Below, piece after piece: positions 10,891-22,827 of a stretch of 23,759 nt of DNA. Under the pieces are notes generated by a model, which ran no database searches, was not told the DNA's origin, and saw nothing but the letters and a program-made list of their open reading frames with translations. A program made the translations under genes and the position numbers. Within the stretch, counting starts at the first letter, position 1. Each line of letters begins with the position of its first letter. Origin of the DNA: Azolla caroliniana (taxonomy: Eukaryota; Plantae; Polypodiophyta); NCBI GenBank assembly GCA_043228905.1, contig JBHGNT010000467.1:1-23759 (forward strand). The letters are read 5' to 3'.

Positions 10891-12174
10891 TCATCTTTGC
10901 CACTGGGGCAAAGGTCTCTTTGTAATCAACACTGTGCGTTTGCGCGTAGCCCTTTGTCACAAGCCGGGCCTTGTACCGATTGACAGTGCCGTTGGTGTTG
11001 TGCTTCACTTTGAAGATCCACCGACATCCAATTGCCTTTTAGTGGTGTGACAAAGGGACGAGATCCCATGTCTCGTTCTTGGAGGGTGCTTGCATCCCCT
11101 CATTCATCGCTTCGACCCATCTAAGGTCCTTCGTGGCTTTGGAAAAGGTTTCCGGTTCACGGACTTTTGTTACCTTCATCATGAATGCATAATGATATGC
11201 CATGTAGTCGTTGTAGCCGAATAGACAGACTACGTTCTTCTTTCAGGTGGAGCGATGGTTCTCCTGGTGTCCTCATGATGGACACAACCAGTCCACCATG
11301 CTCACTGTCAGGTGAATGGTCCGATTCGATTTCATCTGAGTCTTCATACTCAGGCATTTTGGCCTTTTCCTTGGCTTGTTTTGGATTCGGCCGCGACATG
11401 CTTTGGTTGCTTGGAGGCTCTTGTGGTTCACTCAACCTGGTTGAGATTGGACTTTCCTTTGATGTGAGCCTCTGTCGATAATCCTCATCTACATCTTTGT
11501 CGAACTCGGTTTCGACTGTGTCAGATGGGACTAATTCGACTGTATACCAGGATGCCGACTCGTCAAATACGACATCCCTACTCACTCGTACCTTCTTGGT
11601 GGAAGGGTTGAAGCACTTATACCCTTTTTTCTCGAGTGAGTACCCTACGAGTATACATTTCTCCGATTTGGGATCGAGCTTCTGCTGCTTCTTGTTGGGA
11701 ATATGTACATATGTTATTGAACAGAATATTCTAACGTGGGATAGATCTGGTTTCTTCTCATAGAAACTCTCGTGGTGGGTAACATCGAACACTCCTGATG
11801 TTGTGTAGTGATTAATCAGATAGACGGCCGTATTCGTCGCTTCAACCCAATATGTCTTTGGCAGATTTTTGTCGTTCATCATTGCCCTTGCCACCTTGAG
11901 GATGTGTTGGTTCTTGCATTTGGCTACTCCATTCTGCTGAGGTGTGTGTTGGTAGGTAAACTCCCGCTGGATTCCTTCTTGTCGAAGGTATGTTGTAAAG
12001 GCGTCGGAGAAGTACTCTTTGTCGCCGTCCAATCGAAGCATCGGACATGCCAACCGGTTGATTTTTTTACTTTGTTTTTGAACTTTTAGAAGTGTCCAAA
12101 CACTTCGATCTTCTTCTGCATAGGGTAGATCTAGGTGTTCTTGGAGAAGTCATCGATGAATGTCACGTAGTATT
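10891..12174 (-). mobile_element. Ty1/copia retrotransposon fragment A (integrase to start of RT), truncated at both ends
   Basis: YYVTFIDDFS at the right edge; ORF 12053-11157 has LRLDGDKEY..HTPQQNGVAKCKNQHI..KLDPKSEKCILVGYS..SRDVVFDE; the RT N-terminus WIFKVK..RYKARLVTKGYAQ..ETFAPVAKM ends abruptly at about 10891. No LTR. Confidence 0.93.
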
Positions 12175-12812
12175 TGTTAGGAATATGTCCCTCCTATGGG
12201 TGCAATTGACTGGTCGTGCCGAGTGCCGACAGTCGAAGACATGGAGAGTCGACAATGGGAGAGTCCAAGTCGAAGACATGACTGACTAGTCGAACCGACC
12301 GGATGGTCGAAGATAAGGCCGACTAGTCGGGATGACTGGACAATCGACACTAGAGTCGACTAGTTGAATCCCACCGGTTGATTAGTTATTATTGTTATAA
12401 TAGGAATAATAGTAGCAATGGCTATATTTGTAAATGAACCATATAGTGTATAAGTATAAATACACTTAGGGCAAACATAGTGTTAGGTTGAACATAATTA
12501 TGTGTGCGCCTTTGTAGTTGAGTGCGACAGAGAAGAGAGTGTGTGTAAGCGAGAGGGAATGACACCATAGCTGAGTGAGCTTAGACGTCAAGAGCCCTGT
12601 GAGGCTGTTACACTATGCTGTGTGGGCGTGTTGTAATCTAGTAGTCTTGTATAGCCATTGTATAGTGAAGACCTGTTCTCTCGTGGCTTCCTCATTTAGG
12701 GTTTCCATGTAAATCTGTGTATTCTTTGCATTTGTTGTTTTTCTTGTCTTTCCATGATATTACCTACTTATAGTCGGTCCCTGTCATGACTTCAAGGGAA
12801 CGAAACTCCACA
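12175..12812 (+). repeat. 5' LTR of Copia B (638 bp)
   Basis: TG...CA ends; matches 16877-17284; followed after 3 nt by the PBS. Confidence 0.92.
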
Positions 12813-12815
12813 AAC

Positions 12816-12827
12816 TGGTATTAGAGC
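12816..12827 (+). promoter_or_regulatory. Primer-binding site (tRNA-iMet) of Copia B
   Basis: TGGTATTAGAGC, one mismatch to the canonical TGGTATCAGAGC. Confidence 0.9.
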
Positions 12828-12837
12828 TTGGTTGAAG

Positions 12838-15800
12838 ATGGAAGGAGGTGTAAGCGGCCTCCCAAGCATGATAGTTCTAAACTCTCAGAACTATGTAGAT
12901 TGGAAGATAAAGATGAGGACCTTCTCATAGTCAATGACCTGTATGAGCCAATTGATAGAGCAGAAATACCCACGGGGGTATTAGAGTCTGAATGGAAACT
13001 CTTGAATGGGAAGGTGGTGGCCACCATTAGATAGTGCATCGATGTTACTGTTCTTCAACATGTGGTGAACGACACAAACGCCTACGAGATGTGGCAGAAG
13101 CTATCAGGTTTGTATGAGAGGAAGAACATCCTCAACAAAACATCCTTGATGAGAAAGATCGTGAGACTGAAATACAGGGACAGGGAAAGCATAGTCAAGC
13201 ACATTAACACATTCATGGGGTATGTGAATCAACTTGCCGCAACCAAGTTTCCCATTGAGGAGGCAATGCATGCCATCCTCCTATTGTGCACCCTGCCAGA
13301 CAGCTGGGAGAATCTAGTGGTGACTCTCAGCACCTCGTGCTAGGAAGAGAACTTGTCTCTACAAGCGGTAAAGACAAGCATCTTGAATGAGGAGACTAGA
13401 AGGAAGGACAAGGGTGTCCTGGTCCAGTCGGCGTCAAATTTGACTCAACATACTAACAGAGGAAGGAATCGGCAAAGGAGTCTACCAAGGAGAGAAAAGT
13501 CCCATGCCAAATCCAAGTGTAGAGGAAAGCTGACATGCTTCTATTGTGGAAAGCCTGGACACTTCCAAAAGGATTGCCGACACCTCAAGAAGGAAAAGAG
13601 TGTCGGCAACAACGTCTAACCCAGGAAGATTCCTGATGAAAAGGGCACATCGACCATAGCTACAAGTGCAAAGGAATTTTATTCATCTGTGAGCAGGCCA
13701 ACACAAATCTTGTAAGCGAAGAGTGCACTTGGGTAATCGACTCGGGTGCATCATTCCACGTAACTTCTATCGAGAGAGTGTTTTTCGACTTACATAGTTG
13801 GGGATCACAACTATGTAAAGATGGGAGATCATGGAGAGTGCAAGATAGCTGGCATTGGAAGCGTGTGCATGATGACATCAACAGGTTGTCGACTGATGCT
13901 GAAGGAAGTTTGACATGTCCCCGATATAAGATTGAATCTGATACCAACTTGAAGGTTGGATGATGAAGGCTACAATGGTAGCTTCCAGAATGGTAAGTGG
14001 AAGTTTTGTAGTGGAAACCTCATAATGGCACGAGCACAGAAAGAGGGCACATTGTATATGATGCATGCCCGACTGTGCAAGTCGGAAGTGAATGTGGCAG
14101 CCGACTCCAGTGGAGAGTTATGGCATAAGAGGCTCGACCACATGAGTGAAAAGGAATGCACATCCTGGCTGATCAGGAACTTCTCCCATAAGTGAAAGGA
14201 GTTCACTTGAAGAAGTGTGTCGACTACCTAGTCGGAAAGCAGAACTGAGCGGCATTCCACACAAGACCACCAAGAAGAAGACAAGTTGCACTGGAACTAG
14301 TACACACAGATGTGTGCTATGTAGATGCTCTGTCACATCGAGGTGGATAGTACTTCGTAATGTTTATTGACGACTATAGTCGGAAGACATGGGCCTTCGT
14401 ACAGAAGTCAATGGATCAAGTATTGTCAATGTTCAAGGAGTTCCAGACAAGAACTGAGCAAGAGTCGGGTCAGAAGTTGAAGGCTATCTGAATCGACAAT
14501 GGTGGCGAATACAAAGGGCAGTTTGAGGAATACTGCAAGGCCAGGGTATTCAAATTGAGTACATTGTACCAAAGACCCTTGAGTTGAATGAGCTTGCAGA
14601 GAGGATGAATCGAACAATTATGGAGAGAGTAAGGAGCATGCTGTCACATGCTAAACTGCCGAAATCTTATTGGGTTGAGGCGATGTACACGGTTGTTTAC
14701 CTGATCAACAGGTCTCTCTCAGTACCATTGAAAGGTGATGTCCCACAGAGGGTGCAGACAAGAAAGGATGTCTCCTACCAACACCTGAGGGCGTTCGAAT
14801 GCTTAGTGTATATGCATGTGGCTAAGGATCAGAGGTCGAAGCTGGACAATAAGTCAAAACCATGCATATTCATGGGATACTTGGAGGACGAGCTTGGCTA
14901 CATGCTGGGGACTTAGTTGATAAGAAAGTAGTGAGGAGTCGGGACGTAGTCTTCTTGGAAGACAAGACGATTGAGGACTGGAGGCAATAGAAGTCGGAAT
15001 CGATTTCCCTATCGACCCCCACTACTATGGACTTAAGGCCAAGTGAACCAACACAGTCAACTGCTTAGAGATAGCCAGTCGACACAGCTGAATCCGAGTC
15101 GGTCAACTCGGAGCAACCGACCAACACAAATGAGTTAGAGTCAGTGGACTTATGGAAGTCGATCGAGGACTACAAAGCAGAATCGATAAATCCTCAATGA
15201 CCGATCGACACATATGAACCCGAGCCGAGAGGAGAGTCTGCACAGACATCTGAGTTGGAGCTAACAACGAGTGGAAGGAGATACCCACTCAAAGAAAGGA
15301 GAGTACCGACGACATATGCCAGCCAATACATCCTCTTGACTGATGAAGGTGAACTAGAGTGCTATGAAGAAGCCATAGCTAATGATCACAAGGAGAAATG
15401 GCGGAGTGCAACACAAGACAAGATGGACTCCTTGCATGAAAACTATACCTACGAGTTGGTGGAGCTACCAAAGGGTAAATGAATGGGTCTACAAGGTGAA
15501 GATTGGAGAAGTCGATAGCACACCTAGGTATAAAGCCCACATAGTGGGGAAGGGGTTTCAACAGAAAAAGGGTGTTGACTTCGACGAAATATTTGCACCA
15601 GTCGTGAAGATGACTTCCATCCAAACTGTTCTGAGCATAGTTGCTAGTATGGATTTGGAGATTGAATAGATGAATGTCAAGACAACTTTCTTGCACGGGG
15701 AGCTGGATGAAGAAATCTACATGCAACAGCCCGAAGACTTTGAGGAGAAAGGGAAAGAGAACCTGGTGTGTCGATTGAAGAAAAGCTTGTATGGTCTGAA

Positions 15801-16860
15801 GCAAGCTCCACGCCAATGGTACAAGAAGTTCGAGACCTTCACGTAGGAACACAACCTGATCACTGTGTGTTTGTCAAAAGGTATGATGAAGGTGACTTCT
15901 TAATTCTCTTATTAGATGTGGATGACATGTTGATAGTCGGACAAGACACGAAGAGGATCGTGAGCTTGAAGAAAGCACTAGGCAAGTCATTTGCTATGAA
16001 AGATCTTGGATTGGCAAAACAAATCCTAAGGATGCATATAGTTCGAGATAGAACTAAGAAAGTGATGTGGTTGTCATAAGAGAAATACGTGACGAAGACT
16101 CTAGAAAGATTCAACATGTCAGAGGCGACAACAACAAGCTGAATGCCAAGCAATGCCCAAGAGGGGAGAAGGAAAATGATGAGATGAAGAAAGTATTGTA
16201 TGCCTCAACCATCGATAGTTTAATGTATGTTATGGTCTGTATGAGAGCAGACATAACATCTACTGTGGGAGCAGTAAGCTAATACATGAGTAATCCAGGA
16301 AGAGAACATTGGGCATTTGTTAAATGGATACTTAGGTACTTGAAAGGCACCTTGGGTGTGTGTCTTAGGTATGGTGTCGGAAAACCCATGCTCGAAGGGT
16401 TTACCGACTCAGACATGTCGGGGGATGCAGACTTGAGTCAGTCCACTACAGGGTACGTGATGACCTATGCAGGGGGGGTAGTGTTGTGGCAATCACGATT
16501 GTAGAAGTTTGTGGCTTTGTCGACCACAGAGGCAGAGTACATTGCAGTGGTAGAGGCTGACAAAAACCTAATCTAGATGAGAAATTTTCTCAGTGAGTTG
16601 GGGATGAAGCAAAGGGATTTCTTACTTCATTGTGACAACCAGAGTGCCATACATCTAGTAAAGAATGTTGCGTACCACTACGGAACCAAGCACATACAGA
16701 GAAGGTATCACTAGTTGCGGGAGAAAGTGGAAGAAGAAGAGTTTACCCTTGTGAAGATCCATGCGGACAACAATGGATCTGACATAATGACAAAGAACCT
16801 ACCGATGGATAGACTCAGAGTTTGTCGACAGAGGACAGGACTAACAGACTCCACCCATAG
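12838..16860 (+). pseudogene. Copia B gag-pol, multiple stops and frameshifts
   Basis: NYVDWKIKM gag start, CFYCGKPGHFQKDC knuckle, WVIDSGASFH protease, LWHKRLDHMSEK, AERMNRTIMERVRSML integrase, FDEIFAPVVKM and LDVDDMLIVG RT, GFTDSD and TKHI RNase H. Confidence 0.93.
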
Positions 16861-16876
16861 GAGTGAAGGGGGAGTC
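16859..16876 (+). promoter_or_regulatory. Polypurine tract of Copia B
   Basis: AGGAGTGAAGGGGGAGTC immediately before the 3' LTR. Confidence 0.85.
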
Positions 16877-17284
16877 TGTTAGGAATATGTCCCTCCTATG
16901 GGTGCAATCGATTGGTCATGCCGAGTGCCGATAGTCGAAGACATGGAGAGTCGACAATGGGAGAGTCCAAGTCGAAGACACGATCGACTAGTCGGGCCGA
17001 CCGGATGGTCGAAGATAAGGCTGACTAGTCGGGCCAACTAGTCGAAGATAAGGTCGACTGGTCGAAGATAAGTTCGACTAGTCAAATCCTGCCAACTGAT
17101 TAATTATTGTTGTTATAATAGGAATAACAGTAGCAGTGGCTATATTTGTAAATGGCCCATACAGGGTATAAGTATAAATACACTTAGGGCAAACATAGTG
17201 TTAGGTTGAACAGAATTGTGTGTGAGCCTCTGTAGTTGAGTGTGACAGAGAAGAGAGTGTGTGTGAGTGAGAGGGAACCATAGC
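16877..17284 (+). repeat. Truncated 3' LTR of Copia B
   Basis: Aligns to the 5' LTR up to ...ACCATAGC (about 12571), then switches to gypsy sequence. Confidence 0.9.
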
Positions 17285-18383
17285 GGAAGCATTAGCAAGA
17301 TTCTCTGTAGGTTCCCATGTTCGATCATTAGGTATATAACCTAACCAGTCAATCAAATAATATAGCTTGTTGCAGACGATCTTGGAGTCGAGAATGACAA
17401 CAACTTCATATTAAGAGCCATCGAAAACTTCAACTAGAGGTGGGGGAGATGTAACACAACCCGGAATAGAGCTTGTTGTGTAGGGTTCCAAAAGTGAAAC
17501 ATGGAAGACTAGGTGAAGACGCATATGAGGAGGAAGGTCAAGTCAAAATGCCACATCATTGATCTTATGAGAGAGCACATATGGGCCGAAACGTTGATAA
17601 TCCAATTTGCAACAAGGTCTGGTGGTTTTAATGCTACATTGTAAGAGCCATACTCGATCTCCCACTTGAAATGTAGTTGATGAATCACGTCGATGAAGGT
17701 CGACAACCTTCTTTTGAGTGTTTTGAGTGTCACATAGATGGCCTGGAAGAATTTCTTGGAGTGGGTGAGCTGATCTTCAACAATCGGGTTTGTCGGGAAT
17801 TTAGGATGTTCAAGCAACGCCCAACGAGGATGGTACCCAATGTTTGCAAAAAATAGGGAATATCCAGTAGAAGAATGCTCAGAGTTGTTGTAAGAGAATT
17901 CTGCCAAATGTAGTAGATCAACGCAATCATCTTGTTGATAGTTGGCAAAACAACAAAGATATTGCTCGATTGTTTGGTTGGTGCGTTCACTCTACCCATT
18001 AGTTTTTGGATGGTAGCTGAAAGAGAGTTTGCAAGAAGTATGTAAGAGTTTGAACATGTGCCGCCAAATTTTTTGAGATGAACTGGGGACACCGATCACT
18101 GATAATATCATTTGAAAGACCATGACGCCGAAACACCTCCCGCATGAGTAAATCAACTGTCTCGTGGCTAGTAATGGTCTTTGTGCATGGAAGAAAATGT
18201 GTCATCTTCATAAAACGATCTACTACAGTGAGAATAGAATCCCCTTGGAAGGTCCATAGTGAAGTCCAAGGAAATAGATTTCCAAGGGTTCTCAAGAATA
18301 CGCATTGGCCATAATAAGCCATATGGATGATGTTAAGGCTTTTTTGATCGGCAACATGTATCACAACTATGAACATAATCTGT
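17285..18383 (-). mobile_element. Ty3/gypsy chromovirus (Tcn1-like), 3' part: integrase core plus chromodomain, degenerate
   Basis: DYVHSCDTCCRSK..PWKSISLDF, ILTVVDRFMKMTHFLPC, HGLSNDIISDR, AEFSYNNSEHSSTGYS. C-terminal chromodomain YEVVVILDSKIVCNKLYYLIDWLGYIPNDRTWEPTENLANA at about 17410-17285. 3' LTR absent. Confidence 0.92.
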
Positions 18384-18986
18384 TGTCGCGTTATTACGAG
18401 TGTGCGTGTTGAAGGGCGGGACCACGGGGGTCTCGGACGAGGGGGAAAAGGGATGCCAAGAAAACCGACTCCGGACACGACCCGGAGGCAACCGAACACG
18501 AGAGAGAGAGCATGCGTGTGACACCGAATCTTATGCACAAGAAACGAGAGGGGCTATGCTCCCGACACCACCAGATACACCAATATGCACAAACAGATAT
18601 AAGTGTATATATTACAAAGGAGAAAGATACAACCCCGACTTCGAGCCGGCTACGCTCAGAAGAAAAGAAGTTAACCCTAACAACTTTGCTGCCATGGCTG
18701 CGGTGCCCGACTTCTCAAGAAGGAGAAGAAGAAGAAGAACTAACCCTAGAAATAAAATGACCCTCTACAAAATGGTATACCCTTACGACTCAAAATGGGC
18801 AACCCCATACAAGAGACCCCTCCCTTCCTTTTATAGCCTAAGGAGGGAGGAACGTTACAATGTGGGATCAATACTCCCCCCTTATTCTATACACCGTTTT
18901 CCTACTATACATGTGCACATGTTGCACACCACCGACTTGCCCTATTCCACCCTAGTTTCACACTATAGCCGAAAATCTTCACAACA
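18384..18986 (-). repeat. 3' LTR of nested element (603 bp)
   Basis: TGTCGCG...CACAACA on plus; about 27 substitutions by hand count plus one 18-bp AG-repeat indel versus 22828-23448. Confidence 0.95.
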
Positions 18987-18998
18987 TCCACCCCCACC
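18987..18998 (-). promoter_or_regulatory. Polypurine tract of nested element
   Basis: Minus strand GGTGGGGGTGGA abuts the LTR. Confidence 0.75.
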
Positions 18999-19439
18999 AA
19001 ACCGCACATCCACCGGTATGTGCCAAGGAAGGAAAAGGGGTGAGAGATCTTGGTGACGGTGAGCAACCGGGTCCTCCACCTTACCAACACCCGACCATCT
19101 CGTCGGCTCCTTGCTGGCGCCGATCCATCTTGCCGGCTCCTTACCGGCCCCGACCCGTTTCTCCATCCGATCCACCACGTCCGCCGCACGCACCTTCTTC
19201 TTCGACGGGCCCTCCCAAACATTGTTGTCGACTCGGTCTCTCTTCCTTCGCTCGCCGTGCATGTCCTTCCATGGGTTCTTCCTGAGTGCCATTATCGTTC
19301 CCAGAGTATGCGCTCATGTTTTTCCCTTGCTTGCCGCGCTCTTTCACGGTATAGCGTGCCGTCACCCCGACCTCCATGTTGGTGCCCTTCGCGTTGTCTC
19401 GGTTGCCGTCCCGTGTTGTTGCCCATCACCTTCGTCCCC

Positions 19440-21690
19440 TCACCGCCACCTTCCGTCTCCTTGGTCTTATGTTGCCACATCGGCTCGGACTGCCAAGGTC
19501 TCTGGAACCAGTGTGGAGGATCCCTCTCCGGCCTTCCGTTCAAGATCACCTGAACCAACAACCTATCTCTGCGTCGGTGTTCCCGCTTTGGCACCTCCGT
19601 GTGTTGCGCATCCGCCTTCCTTGTTCGGCACCGCCTGTGCCGAACACTGTCCTGTACTCTTGCTTCGCTTTGGCCCTTGATGGCCACATGCACGTCTTCC
19701 GTTCCTCTTTCGGGTGTGCATTTCCCGGCTCGGCCCACCGCTCCTTAACCGGGTGTCCCCGACAGCTTACCAGAAGATCACCCTTGCCGTGTCCCGGCCT
19801 GTGCCTCCTTCATTCACGTAACGCCTTGGCTGGTTGGTGCTTCTGATGTTGCCGCCTTCGTCCCCTTGCCGCCACCTTCCATTACCCTCGGTCTCAAGTT
19901 GCCACGTCGGCCGAACAATCGGGGTCTCCGAGCAGGTGTGAAGGATCCTTCTCGGGCCTCCGTTTTGTTGGGTCACTGACTCTCGTACCAAGCGCATACG
20001 ATCTTTGTCTGGCCGACTCTGCCGATCGGGTCCGTATCCGGTTCGTGGCCGCCTCGCCGGCCTCATACCTCCTTTTGCTTTGCTTTCCTTCATTCGATCA
20101 CGTTCTCCTGCCGCCACCGTCCTTCTCTCTAGGTCTCATGCCGGCTCTTGTCGCCGGCTGCCGGAGTCTCCGGATCAGTGTGAGTCTCTTCTTGGGACCT
20201 CCCCCTTGCCGTCTTCGGTTGCCCGCCTTGTCCCCGCCACCGTTCTTCTCTCTAGGTCTCACGGCGGCACTCGGGCCGACCGCCGGAGTGTCTAGAACCG
20301 GTGTGTGTAAGGTCGAAGCAGCACCACTTGCCGTTTCCTCTCACCGTAGTCCCGACCTCCGTGTCGGCCTCTTCGGCTGGTCACATTCACCTGCCGCCAC
20401 TGATCTCTCCTATAGGACTCACGCCGGTAATCAGGCCGACCGCCGGATCGATGCGAGGATCTCCGCAAACCGCCCTTCCGCACTTCTGCCGTAGCCGGTT
20501 CCCGTTTCCTGCTGCTACCATCCTTCTCACTCGGTCTCACATTGCCACGTCGGCTTGAACTGCCGGTGTCTCCGGATTGGTGTGAGGATCCCATAGGATC
20601 GGTCTTCTGTTGCCTTTCCCTCGTCCCCTTGCCGCCACCGTCAGTCTCTTGGTCTTACGCCGGCTCCGATGCCGAATGCTGAAGTCTCTAGATCCGGTGT
20701 GAAGGATCCTCCTTGGGCTTCTCGTCTTCCCGACCCTCTTCCTGGGTCGTCTTTCTCCGCATGTCAAAAGGGTGGCTCGCTCCACACCCTCTCCCGTGGT
20801 ACCGATGTACCGTGTTCCGGCCTCCCCGTAGGCTTGCCCCTTCCTCCCTTTCGGATCGGTTATCCGGAAGTCCGCTCCGCCCAGTTCTTGTTTGGGTCCA
20901 TTCGCCACTTCGCGTTGCCGGGTCCCATTCTTCTGCCGCCACCGTCAGTATCTTGGTCTTACGTTGGATCCGATGCCGACCCCCGAAGTCTCTAGCCCAG
21001 TGTGAGGTGACCCATAGGACCGATCTTCGTTCTCCGCTTCGTCCCTTGTACTTCTCCCGAACTCGTCGTCACTCTCCTTGCTGTGCTCCCGCCTCCATCT
21101 CCCATCTCTTTCGGTCTCACGTTGCCATGTCGGCCGAATTGCCGAAGTCTTCGGTCAAGATGTGGGGACACTGATTTAGTAACGAATCGCGACGACTCAT
21201 CCGGGGCCACCGACCCTTTTAGTGGTGCCGGGGGATTGCATCCGCTCTGTGATCAATCAAGCCCCGCTTGTGCTTGATTCTCCAATGTCCGGAGTTTCGG
21301 CTCCGATGCCGATCTTGCCGGATGCGTTCCGAACCCTTGATCACCTCCCTCCGATTCCCGACCTTCGCCTGGTCGGTCTTTCTCCCCATGTAAAAGAAGG
21401 CTGCGTGGTTCGGTCCCCAGTCGGGTCGTTTCTTGGTCCTTTCGTCGACCTTCTCGCGGGCCATTTCCCATCCATCTTCGCTGGCATCGTGTTAGGACTC
21501 CTCGATACCGTCATCCATCTCCTCGGTCTCATGTGGGCGTAAGGGCCCGAATGCCGAGTTCTCCGGAATCGGTTCTGAGGGCTATTGTCCGTTCCCTCCC
21601 TATATCGTCTCACCGGCGATTCTCGGTCTCACACCGCCGCCTTCCTCCTCTTGGGACTCATGTGGGCACTTGGGCTCGACTGCCATCGTC
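19440..21690. repeat. Degenerate GC-rich repeat array (about 11 copies of a CCGCCACC..GGTCTCA..GCC core) inside nested element
   Basis: Cores near 19443, 19868, 20110, 20233, 20393, 20511, 20631, 20935, 21088, 21505 and 21632; several neighbours are about 120-125 bp apart. Confidence 0.8.
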
Positions 21691-22790
21691 TCGGGAGCAA
21701 GTGTGGGAAGATGCGTAGAATCGCTTGTCCGTTTTACGACCTTGTTCGTAGCCAGCCACCGACACCTCGTGGTCGGTGGTTGTCTCCTTACCGATCGTGC
21801 AAGCCCTACCCGGGCTTGCTTCTCCAATGTCCGGAGTTCCAGGCTGACGTGCCTGAAACCGCCGGTCCCGACATTCCGATTCTGCGATCGGTATCTCGGC
21901 CTTGTCCTTGGCCGTTCTATCTCCGCACGCCGAGAGGGCATTTTGTTTTGCACCCTCTCCCGTGGTACCGTGGTACCAATCTTCTACCTTCTCGTGGGCT
22001 AGGTCCATCTCCTCGGCGTTGGTTTGCGGCCTTGATCTTTCCTCTTCCTCGAGCATTGCCTCGAGAGCTGCGTACGCCTTCGCAATCCTGGCCCCGAAGC
22101 CGAGCCTTGCCGACTCTCTTTGCCGTTCGACCTCTTTCCGTTGTGATGGCGCGCCGTCGCATGCCTTCCTCCTAGCCTTCTCGGCCTGCTCGTCATCTAG
22201 CCGTTGGCATACGCTTCCGACCTTCAACCAGTCCTCCGTAAGGCCATTCGCTTCATCCTCGTCTTCGAGCTCAATCCCGATGGCCTCTCGTTCCGCTCGA
22301 TCGATTGACCTAATGAACAACAGGACTTTGTCCACCCCCACCAAACCTTGCTCCTGCTCCGGGAGCCGAGCAAGCCGTTGCTCGAACTCTCGGAACGCCT
22401 TCGTTGCGTCCCACTGGTTGAAGCCACCCACTAGTTGAAGCCGCGTCATCCCCGACTCTTCCGTCGTCCTCCATATGCCTGTAGGAGCGCCTCTTCGAAG
22501 GCCTCCCATGAACTATGAGCTTCTTAGAGCTCCTTCACTTCCGCATGCATGCGGACGGCGACGACCTGACAGAAGAACCCTAGCCTCAACGCCTTGTCTA
22601 TGTCTCGCTCCTCCATTTCCACATTGTAGGCTTCCAAGTAGAATGGGACTTTGTCCCCGTTGAAATGGCCGACTCTTTCGACCACTCGTTCAATAGCTTG
22701 CTACACCGTCTCCCTTCTTGTTGTTGCCCGTCCAAACTCCCTCACTGCTTCGACAAAAAGTTGCGTGAAGTCATCTTCTTCCAACTCCAT
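21658..22790 (-). pseudogene. gag remnant of nested element
   Basis: ATG 22790; VVERVGHFNGDKVPFYLEAYNVEM..SWEAFEEALLQAY, frameshift, then AFREFEQRLARL..DKVLLFIRSID..LTEDW. Two stops in the 5' part. 3' end uncertain. Confidence 0.75.
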
Positions 22791-22805
22791 TCGCCCTTGC
22801 CGCCC

Positions 22806-22823
22806 TTCATGTCAGGTTCACCA
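22806..22823 (-). promoter_or_regulatory. Primer-binding site, tRNA-Trp
   Basis: Plus-strand TTCATGTCAGGTTCACCA matches the recalled 3' end of plant tRNA-Trp(CCA), TTCACGTCGGGTTCACCA, with two CpG-type mismatches; lies 4 nt inside the LTR boundary. Confidence 0.8.
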
Positions 22824-22827
22824 AAGA

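Larger units (their letters stand above)
12175..17284 (+). mobile_element. Near full-length degenerate Ty1/copia LTR retrotransposon B (Tnt1/Tto1-like), inserted in Copia A integrase
   Basis: Two LTRs starting TGTTAGGAATATGTCCCTCC, tRNA-iMet PBS, gag-PR-INT-RT-RH order and a PPT. The 3' LTR is truncated, so no TSD is visible. Confidence 0.96.

Noticed and set aside
19440-21690. Possible CRISPR-like repeat-spacer array
   Set aside because: Repeats are highly diverged and irregularly spaced, the intervening DNA is itself related, the context is a eukaryotic LTR element, and there are no cas genes.
18905-22438. Many overlapping 60-200 aa ORFs on both strands
   Set aside because: Expected from GC-rich, stop-poor repeats. 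Only the minus-strand gag frame has recognisable motifs.
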